64,000 nucleotides of DNA, taken from assembly GCA_965248535.1 (NCBI GenBank), contig CBDFJR010000005.1, positions 2,336,001 to 2,400,000 on the forward strand, given 5' to 3'. The notes below the pieces were generated by a model. The model saw only the letters and a program-made list of their open reading frames with translations, was not told the DNA's origin and searched no databases. Shown here one piece after another: positions 41,498 through 53,342 of this stretch. The DNA comes from Phormidesmis sp. GTDB lineage: Bacteria; Cyanobacteriota; Cyanobacteriia; Leptolyngbyales; Leptolyngbyaceae. Each line of letters starts with the position of its first letter. Within the stretch, counting starts at the first letter, position 1. Made by a program: the position numbers and the translations under genes.

Positions 41498-42556
41498 CTA
41501 ATGAGCCGAGATCACCAAGGGTGCTTGAGCGATCTCCTTTAAGCCCACTGACGATAGAAGCTCAGACCAATCTTTAGCGAGGGCGGCACTGTTTGACTGA
41601 GTGGCTCTTAGGGTCGCTAAGGTGGCTACGCAGTCATACCACACGCCGTTGGCACCTAGAGCAGTCGCTTGTTTGAGCACATCGGGCTGTTTGAGCGCAG
41701 AGGCTAGCGCAGCACCCGGCTGAATCCGGCGAACCCAACCATTGACATAGGGCGTGCTGGGGCTGAGTTTTCCATCAACTTTCAGCGCTAAGAACCACTG
41801 ATAGTTTTTTCCTATCTCTAAAGCTAGAGCCTCGGCAGGAAGTTTGACCGCCATGATTCCTGTCTGACCTGACACAGGCACCGTCATTTGAGTGTGGGTG
41901 TTTCCGGCTTCATCTTTGAGACTGAAGACTGCTTCCTTGGCGATCGAGGCGGGGAGATAAACCAAAATCGTCGGATGGGCAGACACTGTAGTGCCATAGA
42001 AGGTTTGGGGCAAAACCGCAATCATTGCCAGGGGAGTGTCTGATTTTGAACCCGCGATCGCGGCTGCATTGAGCGGATAGTTCCCCACTCGCGATGCCCC
42101 CCCTGATCCTTGGCTCGGCGCACCATTGCCCGCTGCTGGAGTGAACACTTGCCCCCGTGATGCCCCCCCTGATCCTTGACTCGGAGCGCCATTGCCCGCT
42201 GCTGGAGTGAACACTTGCCCTCGCGATGCGCCCCCCATTGAGCCGTGGGGCGATCGCTGTCCCGAAGTCGGAGTAAACAGGCTACCCCGTGAGGCTCCAC
42301 CCGTCGATTGAACGGGCACAGCATTTTTAGCAGCAGGTGAAAAGAGCACCATTCCCCGTGATGCCCCCCCTGTCGATTGACTCGGAGCACCGCCCCCCGA
42401 TGGTGGTGTAAAGGTAACCGCTTGGGCATTTCCGACTGAAATGAATGCACTAGTGGCAATCAGGGCAATGCCTAAAGAAAACTGGTTGGTCATCTTCTGG
42501 AGATTGGCAGCGCCGATTGCACTTAACCGATTTGTTAACCCTGGATATTTCATCAT
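41498..42556 (-). CDS. DUF928 family secreted protein with five GGASR(G)-ending repeats
   Basis: Signal-like segment ending AQA; five ~22-aa repeats; GTTVSAHPTILVYLP, YQWFLAL, GWVRR, NGVWYD. Confidence 0.9.
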   Translation of the reverse strand: MMKYPGLTNRLSAIGAANLQKMTNQFSLGIALIATSAFISVGNAQAVTFTPPSGGGAPSQSTGGASRGMVLFSPAAKNAVPVQSTGGASRGSLFTPTSGQRSPHGSMGGASRGQVFTPAAGNGAPSQGSGGASRGQVFTPAAGNGAPSQGSGGASRVGNYPLNAAAIAGSKSDTPLAMIAVLPQTFYGTTVSAHPTILVYLPASIAKEAVFSLKDEAGNTHTQMTVPVSGQTGIMAVKLPAEALALEIGKNYQWFLALKVDGKLSPSTPYVNGWVRRIQPGAALASALKQPDVLKQATALGANGVWYDCVATLATLRATQSNSAALAKDWSELLSSVGLKEIAQAPLVISAH

Positions 42557-42704
42557 GATTTTGCTGAGGAGAAAAGGTCAGGGTCAAATGGTTTCCCAAG
42601 TTTGACCCTCAATTCATCCTAGAGAGGTGAGTCTAGAATTCTCTGAGAAGGTTTGCGTATCTTTTGACTCTGGGAGCCGTAGTATCACTGAAATTTAAGT
42701 AGCT

Positions 42705-45249
42705 CTACTGCCAGTTGCCTACGAGCACAAACCCTGACCAGAAGAATGGCTCCCGGAAGTCTGATTTGCGAATTAATTCGATTTGAGCTTGGCGAAGCGC
42801 CTCTGCTTTGCTGACCCCTGGTTGGCGAAGCTGCTGGTAGAAGTGAGCCATCAACCGAGCCGCCGCTTGATCTTTAACGGGCCAAAGAGTGGCTAGGGTT
42901 GATCGCGCCCCTGATTTAATCGCCAGCCCGGCAAGACCGAGAACCGCCCGATCGTCCCCACTGGCGGTGTCACAGGCGCTCAAGACCAAGAGTTCGATCG
43001 CTTGGCTGCCTTCTCGACTTCGCAGGAGTTCTGAAAGCTCTTTGACGTTGACTCGCCCATCCCAAGTGAGCAGAAAGGTATTCTCAAGCTGGGAGCTAAA
43101 CTGTCCGTGGGTCGCCAGGTGCACGATATTGGCATGGCTGTTTCTGACGCGATCGGACAGGGCTTTGTTCGTAAATTCCTGGTTGAGCAGCTTGGAGGAA
43201 GACACGATTTGAGCAATGTCTTGCACTTCTGACTCGACCGCAGGCAGAGACGCAAAGCCCGATCGAGACTGACTAATGCCGCCTACGATCGCGCTAATGT
43301 TGGCAGAATTCAGCGATCGTGCTCCCATTAACTGCAAGCCCGGTGAGAGCGTGACCGCATAGTTTTCAATCAGATAGTGCTGTCCATCATGCAGGGCCGC
43401 CATCGGAATATTTCGCAAATGCCCATCCAGCACAAATACCAGGGTTTTGGTGTGTTTAAATGCCTGATCTTGTTCTGCGGGACGAATCAGCCAATCATAA
43501 ACCTGCTGAGACAACTGCTGACGCTGTTTAGCATCTGCAACGGGATTGAGGGATACAAAGAGATCATCCAGGGTTTTCTCGACTTCAGCTTGGGGTTTGG
43601 GCGTGACATAGTAGCGCAACGGCTCCCCGGCAGTAGACAGAATGACCGCGAGACGATCGGGCAAAATAATCGGATAAACAACGGTTGCTGTAGGATCAAC
43701 CTGATCAATTTGCTTCACCTTGTCCAAACACGCTTCTCGGAAAAAGTTATCGAGTTCTGCAACTTGTAGGGCTTCGATCAAGCCACGAGCTTGAGTCAGC
43801 GCCGCTTGACTCGGTTGAGCATCAAGTAATAAACTCACCAACTCTCGATAGACTGGCTCAACGCTTTCGCGAAAGGAGAACTGCACATCGGCACTCACTG
43901 CCATCAGATCGCCTCGAATAGCTTGGAGAGCAGCCACTGCCTCAGTGTAGTGCGCGATCGCGTCCGATCGATTACCCTGATCCCGATCGAGCCGACCTAA
44001 CTGCCATGCCGATTGAGCAATCAGGTTGTCAGCCCGAAGTTGACGGGCGATCGTGAGAGATTGTTGGGTAACAATACGGGCTTCTGCTATTTGGTGAGTT
44101 CGAGTATATAATCTGTCCCCATTGTTGAAGAGCATAGGCTTCGGCTTGAGTATCCTGAATGCGCTGAGATGACTGCACCGTGCTGGAAAGCAGTTGAGAC
44201 AAAGCTTTCAGAGGCAAAACCTGAGAGGGATCGTCCAGTCTATTTAGCGTGGAGACAAAGTGAATCGCTCCATAAAGAGACGCATGACTGTCCGAGAGAT
44301 CGGCAAATTGTTGATAGATCTGAGTTGCAAGCGGGGCAGCCAGTTCGATTTTTTCGTGGTCAATCAAGAGCTTCAGACGATCGAGACGGGCTTGCAGTTG
44401 CTCTAGTGGATTAGTAGTCGTAGAGTGTTCTGCCTGCTCAAAATAATTCAAGGCAGCATCTGGGTCACCGAGATCGGCTGTAGTTTTGCCCAGAGCGAGG
44501 AGAATAGAGTTGAGGTCAGATGTGGCATTGAGCTTGCGAGCGATCGCCAATCCCTGCTCTAAAACTTTTTGGCTGTTGCTAGCATCCCCCATCGTTTGCA
44601 AAGCTGCACCAAGGGTTCGTAACCCGCTGACCTTAATGTCAGAATCGGGTTGGCTGGCAAGCTTTTGATTGAGCGCTTCTAATTGCTGTCGAGAACGACG
44701 ATAAAACCCCAGCGTTTGCATCGCCTGAGCCTGGTTGATTTGACTGCCTATACTTCCTGTTGAATCGCCTGCTTGGTCGTAAAGTTTTTGGGCTTGTTGC
44801 CAGGTGCTGAGGGCAGATTCAGCATGGCCCGTGTGGAGGAACAATCCAGCCTGAGTGTTGAGTATCTGTGCCCAGACAATCGCATCAGCACTAGGCTTGA
44901 CAGCTTTAAGAATCTGCAAGCTCTGCTCGATCGAGCGTTTAGCATCTTCCCACTGCGTCAATTCTTGCTGGGCCAATGAGCAATAGCTCAGGCTTAGGGC
45001 TTGATTTAAGCGATCGCCTTGCGTCTGATAGTGCTGTGCGGCAGCTTGCCACGCCATTACCGCCTCTACATAGCGCCCTGAGCGATAGAACGTGCGCCCC
45101 TGATCTAGCGAAGACGGAGCTACGATCGTAGAGGGAGACGCAACAGGGGGCATGGTTGCCACTACAGGGTGAGTAGCAATCGCGACCCACAAACTGAGAA
45201 CACTCAAACTGACCGACAGCCAACGGGGTTGATGCGATCGAGCAATCAT
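42705..45249 (-). CDS. Secreted TPR-CHAT protease, frameshifted at ~44112
   Basis: Signal peptide + TPRs (44029-45249) join TPR-CHAT (42705-44135) if one A is removed (WGQ-LYTRT); VHLATHG / LVLSACDT dyad. Confidence 0.88.
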
Positions 45250-45265
45250 GAAAGATACCTAAATT

Positions 45266-48183
45266 TCAACGGTTAGCAACCGCACACGTTTCGGGGGCGC
45301 TGCCAGGGTTAGTGTTCCCATTTGTGGTTTGAGCTACCAGTTCTATAGTGCCGTTGGGGTTGCGAGTCCAATTGGTAGCTTCGATCAGAGGTTTTTTGGG
45401 GAGAAGGGCATCCTGGGCGATCGCGGGCGGTGTGTTCTGAAACGCTGATAAATCTCGCAGGTCAGACCAAGCCCGATCGCTGCTCACCTGCTCAGTGGGA
45501 TTGGTGGGCAAACCACCGCGTCCGGTCACCACAAAGCTATTGCTGTGGTTGCTCGTACAGCCTTGGGCAATTTGGTTGCTGGAGTCAGTCAAATTCGCAG
45601 GCAGTGTTCCTAAACCAGAATTAGGGTCAATGCCAATATTATTGATTTGCACGTTGCCATTGACACTAAATTCGGAACTAGCCGTAATGTCGTTGGTCAG
45701 GTCAGTTCGAGGAGTGAGCGTGTTGCGAAACGCTAGACCAATGATTCCTTGAGTGGTGATATCAATGTTGCCGCCCCGACCTTTGACCGCGTTGGCAATA
45801 ATGTCGCTGTTTTCTAACCCAGCAATAATTGGGGCAGCGATCGTGATGTTGCCGCCATTGCCATCTCCGCCTGCGGTTGCCACAAGTTGACTGCCCTGCC
45901 GCAGAAGCAGTAAGTCTTGGACTTGCAGATTAATGTTCCCGCCCTGTCCAGCAGCAGTTGACGCTTCGATGCTGCCATTCTCCAGCACCACGGTTTTTGC
46001 CTGAATGTTTAACTGTCCCGCGTTGCCTGTACCCTCGTGCTTGACGTTGATAGTTCCCTGATCGCGGATGGTGAGCCGATTGGTTGAGATGCTGACTGTG
46101 CCCGTATCGCCAGTCGGAAAATCTGGCAGCCCATAGAACTGGCGAGTGGTCTGGCTCAAAATCGTAGCATTGGAGACGATCGAGGAGTTTTGAAACTTCT
46201 TTCCCTCCACCAAAATGTCCTCTGCTTGGATCGTTAAGGTTCCCGCATTGCCTGTTGCCCCCGTGAAAGCATTAATCACTGCCCCATCTCGCACCTGCAA
46301 TTGACGGGTTTTAATCATCACATTGCCCCCATTGCCGCTGCCTAAGGTGGATGTACCCACATCACTGGCCCCCTTAGTGATGGGATTGCTGCCACTCACT
46401 TCAATCTGATCGGCAATGGTCAGCGTTACATTCCCCGCATTTCCCAAGTTGTTAGTCTGGGCGCGATCGCCAAAAGCGCCAACCACAGGCAATGAACTAG
46501 TCCCCAATCCACCACCAGCTTGAATGGACAGCTTGGACGCGGTGACCGACACAGAGCCAGTATTGCCTGCTCCAGCCGTAGCACTGCCGACGTAACTTAC
46601 TTGAGTTGGCTGGTTTGGGCTGAATCCCGCGATCACGATCGCATCCCGTGCAACAACTGTAATACTACCTGCGTTGCCAATACCAGTATCAGGAATGCCT
46701 GCAATCCGAGTCACAAAGGTGATAATTGCTCCACTATCTACCAGGCTTAACTGGTCGGTTGAGACATTCACTGCGCCACCATTGCCAATTCCTAGGGTGT
46801 AGGTCTGAATTCCGCTAGTGGTGAAGCTTAAGGGGCTAAACCCGATCGCCGTAATGTCTGAGGCATTGACTGCAATGTTGCCGCCCTGCCCGGTGGCTCC
46901 AGGCAACACATAGGTGGCAATTTGCCCACTCTCTGTCAGGGTAATTTGTCGTGCTGCCACGTCAACGTCACCGCCTGCACCAGACCCATAGACCGTGCTC
47001 GAAATATGGCTACTGCTGCTGCCACCTGCAAACAGCGGCGAATTCACCAGCACAGTGCCATCAGCCAGAATCGTGTCTGCCCTGACTTGCACTTTCCCGG
47101 CGGCTCCCGATCCCAGGCTAAAGGTTTCTATCCCAGCTCCATCTTGCAGAGAAAGGTTTCCTGTTTGAATGTTCACCGCGCCGCCGTTGCCCATTGCGCC
47201 AGGAGCCACTTGGTTTACAATCCAAGCGCTGGGTGCTTGGGCGTTAGCGGTGACTCCACCTAGAATGAGCGATCGTTGGGCATTGACGGTAATCGCGCCG
47301 CCCTGACCTGCACCCGCAGTAGCCGCAGCAATCTGAGATTGATTCAGGGTAATATCGCGCCCGACGACTTGAATTCCCCCAGCCAAGTTGCCCACCGGGT
47401 CAGGATTCCACAGCGAGGAGCGATTGATCAAATTCACATCCCCCAACACTTGGACTTGAGAGTATCCCAGTTGCCAGCCTGCGGGAGTAGGAGTGAGGCT
47501 GACCAACCCACTCTCGACTGCGCCCACTTCAATCCGCCCGGCTGGCGCTGTGATCACTCCACCTGTAAACCTAACGTTGCCACCCACAAGCGCGATCGTT
47601 TTCCTGGGCTGCTGATGATACCTAGATTGCTGGTGGGCACAATGCCATCATTGCCGTTTCCCTGCACCTGAATGTCCCCTGTTCTAGCGTAAAATTGCAG
47701 CCCAGTAGGAACGCTGATCGTCAACAACGGTGTAGCTGTTGGATTGACCGCACTAAACTCGACTCCATCAGCAAATTTGACACTGTTGGCAGTGGTGCCG
47801 ATGAATGAACCCCCCATATTCAACGCGGCATTGGGCCCAAATAAAATGCCACTGGGGTTGAGTAGAAATAAATTGGCCGTGCCGTTAGTCTGAATTACGC
47901 CATTAATGTTGGAAACCATGCCACCTGTGACGCGGCTGAAGATATTTTGCACATCTGCCGCGTTATTAAAACTGGCAGCGCCACCCGTGGGAACAGAAAA
48001 TTGACTAAAGCTATGGAATAGGTTGTTGCCGACGCGATCGCCATCATCAATCGTAAACCGATTCCCGCTTTGGGTCACACGAGTCGAAAGGGTGCCATCA
48101 GGGGTAACTTGAGCGATCGCACGTCCTGCCAATCCACTTAACCCGACTCCAATTATGATCAACCCTGCGATCGCTTTCATCAC
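45266..48183 (-). CDS. Filamentous haemagglutinin-like TpsA protein, frameshifted at ~47600
   Basis: [35 protein letters not shown] domain; Gly/Asn-rich repeats; [11 protein letters not shown]-terminus. 1-nt deletion (ggaaaacgatc) relative to the paralogue (ggaaagacgatc). Confidence 0.9.
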
Positions 48184-48257
48184 ACTATTCCTGCCAGAAC
48201 TATCGCTAGAGTACCCAAAGGAGCGATCACAGTGACTCAGCGATGAATTTGATGAAT

Positions 48258-51179
48258 TTAGCGATCGGCTTTGCTAGATTCCAACAAATCGCTCCCTGCA
48301 CACGTTGCAATCTGGGCAACCGGAATGGGTTGAGCTGCGACGAGTTGGATTTCGCCATCATAGTTGCGCTGCCAATTGGTAGCCTCGACTAATCTGGGAG
48401 TCGGTTCGAGGGTGGCAATGTGATGAGAGTCTGAGAGCGGACGGAGATCTTGCCAGGTACGATCGCTGCTCACCTGCTCAGTGGGATTGGTGGGCAAACC
48501 ACCGCGTCCGGTCACCACAAAGCTGCTGCTGTGGTTGCTCGTACAGCCTTGGGCAATTTGGTTGCTGGAGTCAGTCAAATTCGCAGGCAGTGTTCCTAAA
48601 CCAGAATTAGGGTCAATGCCAATATTGTTGATTTGCACGTTGCCATTGACACTAAATTCAGAACTAGCCGTAATGTCGTTGGTCAGGTCAGTTCGAGGAG
48701 TTAGAGTGTTGCGAAACGCCAGACCAATGATCCCTTGAGTGGTGATATCAATGTTGCCGCCGCGACCTTTGACGGCGTTGGCAATGATGTCGCTGTTTTC
48801 TAACCCAGCAATAATTGGGGCAGCGATCGTGATGTTGCCGCCATTGCCAGTACCACCAGCCGTCGCCGTAATCTCGCTGCCTTGCCGCAGCAAGAGAATG
48901 TTCCGCACTCGTAGGGTAATATTGCCACCCTGCCCAGAAGCAGTTGAGGCTTTGATGCTGCCAGTCTCCAACAACACAGCGGCTGCCTGAATGGTTAACT
49001 GTCCAGCATTACCAATACCTTGGTGATTGACACTAACAGTCCCCTGATCGCGAATCGTGAGCCGATTGGTCGAGATGTTGAGCGTTGCGGTATCGCCCGT
49101 CGGGGATGCGGGCAAGCCATAAAACTGTCGCGTCGTCTGGTTCAAGATTGGTGCACTAGCAGCGATCGAGGAGCGCTGACTGTTCCTGCCCTCCACGAGA
49201 ATGTCTTCCGCCTGGATTGTCAACACTCCCGCATTGCCTGTCGATTCAGTTACAGCGCTAATCGTGCCACCGTCCCTTACGAGCAGTTGCTTTGTTTTAA
49301 TTGTCACGTTGCCCCCATTGCCATTGCTAAAAGCAGTTGAACCGAGAGGGCTGGGCGTTTGGGTAAAGGGATTGATGCCACTCACCTCAATTCGCTCGGC
49401 AGCATTCAGGGTGACATTTCCCGCATTGCCTAAGTTATTAGCCTGGGTGCGATCGCCAAACAGGCCTACAACAGACTGAGTGGTGGTGCCCAAGCCACCA
49501 CCAGCTTGCAAGGAAAGCCGCGGCGTGGTGACTGACACATTGCCACTGTTGCCTGATCCCACCGTCAGACTGCCCAAAAAGCTGATCAGGTCTGGTTTGT
49601 TTGGACTGGTACCCGTGATGGTAATCGCCTCCCGTGCTGTTACCGTGATGTCGCCAGCGTTCCCAATGCCTGTACTAGGAATGCCAGCAAGGCGAGCGGT
49701 GCCAGTAAGCACCTCGCCACCGCTGACAAGATTGAGTCGATCGGTGGAAAGGTTCATTGCGCCACTATTGCCAATGCCTAGCGTATAGGTTTGAATCCCA
49801 CTCGGCACCAAAGTCAAGGGGTTGAAGCCGCTGATCAAAATAGCGGACGCATTGACGGTGAGATTGCCGCCCTGTCCTGTGGCTCTTGGCTGGACAAAGG
49901 TATTAATTTGCCCACTGTCTGTCAAGCTAATTTGCCGTGCCGCCACGTCAATATTTCCTCCGGCTCCAGATTGATAAACCGTGCTGGAAATGCGGCTGGC
50001 GCTGCTGCCAGTGATAAGCAAGGGCGACTTGACCAGCACTGCGCCTGTAGCTGTAATGGTATCGGCGGAGACTTGGATGTTGCCAGCGGCACCCGCTCCA
50101 AGGCTCAATGTCTCGATCGCCGCCCCATCTTGCAGCGATACGTTGCCCGCCTGGATTGTAACCGTTCCCCCCTTCCCGGTCGCTCCGAGATTGACCAGAT
50201 TGACAATCCAGGCACTTGGTGCGAGAGCATTAGGCGCAATGCCGCCGAGGGTCAGCGATCGCTGGGCGTTCACCGTTACATTGCCCCCAACACTATTGCG
50301 TAGCGTTGCCGCCGCAATCTGGGATTGGTTTAAGGTGACATTGCGCCCAACTACTTGAATGCCCCCAAACGGATTGCTGGCAGGATAGGGATTCCACAAC
50401 GACGATCGCGCATTGAAACTTACATCTTGTAACGCCTGTGCTTGTGCATAACCCAATTGCCACCCTGCTGGCGTAGCGGTCAAACTGACGGTGCCGCTGT
50501 TCACTGCGCCCACTTCAATCCGTCCGGCTGGCGCTGTGATCACTCCACCTGTAAAATTCACATCGCCGCCCACCAGCCCGATCGTCTTTCCTGGGCTCCC
50601 GACGATCCCTGGATTCGCTGTGGGAAACATCGCATTATTGCCCTTGCCCTGTACTTGAATTCCCCCCTTGCTGCCGTTGAACTGTAGTCCGATCGGTACG
50701 CTAATTGTCAACAGCGGTGTAGCTGTTGGATTGACCGCACTAAACTCGACTCCATCAGCAAATTTGACACTGTTGGCAGTGGTGCCGATGAATGAACCCC
50801 CCATATTCAACGCGGCATTGGGCCCAAATAAAATGCCACTGGGGTTGAGTAGAAATAAATTGGCCGTGCCGTTAGTCTGAATTACGCCATTAATGTTGGA
50901 AACCATGCCACCTGTGACGCGGCTGAAGATATTTTGCACATCTGCCGCGTTATTAAAACTGGCAGCGCCACCCGTGGGAACAGAAAATTGACTAAAGCTA
51001 TGGAATAGGTTATTGCCGACGCGATCGCCGTCATCAATCGTAAACCGATTCCCGCTTTGAGTCACACGAGTCGAAAGGGTGCCATCTGGCACGACTTGCT
51101 GCCCTTGAGCTACCCCCGACCCGATCAGCAATCCTAGCCCACTAGCGGTCAACCCCCGGATCAATAACTCAACGCCCAT
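48258..51179 (-). CDS. Filamentous haemagglutinin-like TpsA protein (intact)
   Basis: Signal peptide, TPS domain (NLFHSF, NPSGI), beta-helix repeats, [18 protein letters not shown]-terminus. Confidence 0.93.
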   Translation of the reverse strand: MGVELLIRGLTASGLGLLIGSGVAQGQQVVPDGTLSTRVTQSGNRFTIDDGDRVGNNLFHSFSQFSVPTGGAASFNNAADVQNIFSRVTGGMVSNINGVIQTNGTANLFLLNPSGILFGPNAALNMGGSFIGTTANSVKFADGVEFSAVNPTATPLLTISVPIGLQFNGSKGGIQVQGKGNNAMFPTANPGIVGSPGKTIGLVGGDVNFTGGVITAPAGRIEVGAVNSGTVSLTATPAGWQLGYAQAQALQDVSFNARSSLWNPYPASNPFGGIQVVGRNVTLNQSQIAAATLRNSVGGNVTVNAQRSLTLGGIAPNALAPSAWIVNLVNLGATGKGGTVTIQAGNVSLQDGAAIETLSLGAGAAGNIQVSADTITATGAVLVKSPLLITGSSASRISSTVYQSGAGGNIDVAARQISLTDSGQINTFVQPRATGQGGNLTVNASAILISGFNPLTLVPSGIQTYTLGIGNSGAMNLSTDRLNLVSGGEVLTGTARLAGIPSTGIGNAGDITVTAREAITITGTSPNKPDLISFLGSLTVGSGNSGNVSVTTPRLSLQAGGGLGTTTQSVVGLFGDRTQANNLGNAGNVTLNAAERIEVSGINPFTQTPSPLGSTAFSNGNGGNVTIKTKQLLVRDGGTISAVTESTGNAGVLTIQAEDILVEGRNSQRSSIAASAPILNQTTRQFYGLPASPTGDTATLNISTNRLTIRDQGTVSVNHQGIGNAGQLTIQAAAVLLETGSIKASTASGQGGNITLRVRNILLLRQGSEITATAGGTGNGGNITIAAPIIAGLENSDIIANAVKGRGGNIDITTQGIIGLAFRNTLTPRTDLTNDITASSEFSVNGNVQINNIGIDPNSGLGTLPANLTDSSNQIAQGCTSNHSSSFVVTGRGGLPTNPTEQVSSDRTWQDLRPLSDSHHIATLEPTPRLVEATNWQRNYDGEIQLVAAQPIPVAQIATCAGSDLLESSKADR

Positions 51180-51500
51180 AGTCCGGCATCACAAATCAGA
51201 GCAGACCTAACGTTCCCTGAACGGCTCAAGGAATCGCTATTGGATCAGCATGGGACATTTTGACGATCGCCGCTTTATTTAGAACAGCAAGCCAAAAATC
51301 GAATTGGACTAAATGTGCTCGCAAAGTTAGCAAAACGGATTGTGTGACCATACTAGCGGCTAAGTCGGCTGTATTCTCCTTCATCTCGCTCGCCATAAAC
51401 TTAGAAGCCTCGTTGACAAAGAGGTTGAACCTCCCACTGCTGTTCAGCGCGGACTTGTTCCATCCCCCCATTGATTCCCCCGTTGATAGCCCCCAATCCT

Positions 51501-53327
51501 ATGAACACTCGCCCCGCTCCCTCTTTGCCGAGGATGGCTCGACAATTATTGAGCACCTCACCCTTGTTTTTACTGAGTTTGCCTGCCATTTTACCGTTTC
51601 CCGCTTGGGCAGGTCTTGCCGACTCGACCTTAGCTCAAACGCCGCAGATCGGGAGACCTCAAATTCTCCCTCAAGTTTTGCCTCGCCCTTTCCAACCCGA
51701 ACCGACGCAACCCCTAACGCCGCGACCTCCAGCAGACGAGCTATTGCCTCAGCCTGCGATTTCTCAGCCTGCGATTTCTCAACCTGCGATTTCTCAACCT
51801 GCGATCGCAGCGCCGGGCCAAACCTCTGACACGATCTCGGTGCAGCGCTTTGAAGTCTTAGGCAGCACTGTTTTTAGCGCGCAAGACTTTGCTGAAATTA
51901 CCAAACGGTTTCTCGATCGCAATTTGACCTTTGCTGAATTGTTGCAGGTGAGGTCTGCGATCGTCGATCTCTATGTGCGTCGGGGCTATGTGACCTCTGC
52001 GGCAGTGCTGCCCCCTCAAAGGCTCACCGATGGCACAGTCAAAATCCAGGTAATTGAAGGATCGCTCGAAAGCATTAACGTTGCGGGCACACGTCGCCTT
52101 AACCCCAACTACATTCGCAGTCGTCTCAATCTCGCCGCCTCAAAACCTTTGAATGTCGAGCGGCTGCTCGAAGGACTTCAGCTTCTGCAACTCGACCCTT
52201 TGGTCAAGACGATTTCTGCCGATTTACAAACCGGAACTCAACCCGGCACCAGCGTGCTGCAAGTGATGGTCACAGAAGCAAACACGTTGAGCATTACGCC
52301 GTCGATCGATAACAGTCGATCGCCCAGTGTTGGCTCGCTTCGGCGACAGATCGAAGTTGCTCAAGCCAATCTACTGGGCATCGGCGACGGGCTGCGAGTC
52401 AGCTATACCAACACCGATGGCAGCAACGGCATAGATACCAGCTACACGGTGCCGATTAATCCCCACAATGGCACGGTGCGTCTTGCCTACAGCAACACTC
52501 ATAGCACGGTGATTGAGAAGCCGTTTGATGTGCTCGATATTCAGGCAAAATCTCGCTACTACGAATTCACCTACCGCCAGCCGATCGTGCAACACCCCGC
52601 GAGTGAACTAGCCGTAGGGTTGACTTTTTCACGCCAAGAAAGCCAAACCGAACTCGGCATTGACCACATTGGCCCCTTTCCTCTTTCTCCCGGAGCCGAT
52701 GATCAAGGGCGCACCCGGATTTCTGCTCTGCGCTTTTTTCAAGAATGGGTCAACCGCACCGATCGCCAAGTGATTGCCGCCCGATCGCAGTTCAGCACTG
52801 GTTTAGGACTTTTTGACGCAACGAGCAACGCCAATGCGCCAGACAGTCATTTTTTCACTTGGCGCGGGCAAGCCCAATGGACTCGACTTTTAGCCCGCGA
52901 CACCTTGTTCTTAATTCGCGGTGAGGTGCAATTAGCCGATCGCTCCTTGGTGCCGTTAGAACAGTTTGGCATCGGCGGACAAGAGACTGTGCGAGGCTAT
53001 CGCCAAGATGCCTTGTTGACTGACAGCGGACTGTTGTTTTCGACCGAGTTTCGGCTGCCAATTTTAAGAACGGCAAGAACGGCTCACGGAACTGGAGTAT
53101 TGCAGCTTACGCCCTTTATTGACATTGGCTCAGGCTGGAATCGAGGTGGCAACAATCCTGACTCCAAAACACTCGTCGGTGCCGGACTCGGACTGCTGTG
53201 GAGACAGGGCGATAACTTTTCGGCACGCCTCGATTTTGGGTTTCCGCTGATCTCGATCGAGGGCAATAAAAGCACGCTTCAAGAAAACGGTATCTACTTC
53301 TCGATTAAATACAGCCCATCCTTTTAA
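51501..53327 (+). CDS. ShlB/FhaC/HecB (TpsB) outer-membrane transporter
   Basis: POTRA motifs (YVRRGYVTS, VKIQVIEG), GGQETVRGY, C-terminal aromatic residue; four QPAI(S/A) 15-bp repeats at ~51750-51808; divergent from the TpsA genes. Confidence 0.93.
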   Translation: MNTRPAPSLPRMARQLLSTSPLFLLSLPAILPFPAWAGLADSTLAQTPQIGRPQILPQVLPRPFQPEPTQPLTPRPPADELLPQPAISQPAISQPAISQPAIAAPGQTSDTISVQRFEVLGSTVFSAQDFAEITKRFLDRNLTFAELLQVRSAIVDLYVRRGYVTSAAVLPPQRLTDGTVKIQVIEGSLESINVAGTRRLNPNYIRSRLNLAASKPLNVERLLEGLQLLQLDPLVKTISADLQTGTQPGTSVLQVMVTEANTLSITPSIDNSRSPSVGSLRRQIEVAQANLLGIGDGLRVSYTNTDGSNGIDTSYTVPINPHNGTVRLAYSNTHSTVIEKPFDVLDIQAKSRYYEFTYRQPIVQHPASELAVGLTFSRQESQTELGIDHIGPFPLSPGADDQGRTRISALRFFQEWVNRTDRQVIAARSQFSTGLGLFDATSNANAPDSHFFTWRGQAQWTRLLARDTLFLIRGEVQLADRSLVPLEQFGIGGQETVRGYRQDALLTDSGLLFSTEFRLPILRTARTAHGTGVLQLTPFIDIGSGWNRGGNNPDSKTLVGAGLGLLWRQGDNFSARLDFGFPLISIEGNKSTLQENGIYFSIKYSPSF

Positions 53328-53342
53328 ATTAATTTGTTTCTG

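Noticed and set aside
48481..50880. Many plus-strand ORFs opposite TpsA
   Set aside because: Antisense shadows of Gly/Asn/Thr-rich coding sequence
51181..51210. Third copy of the TGCATCAG-N12-CAYCTA motif
   Set aside because: ggcatcac..agaccta has mismatches and shorter spacing; likely chance
51260..51829. 189-aa ORF with Cys repeats (CDFS)
   Set aside because: Alternative frame of the QPAIS 15-bp repeats in tpsB
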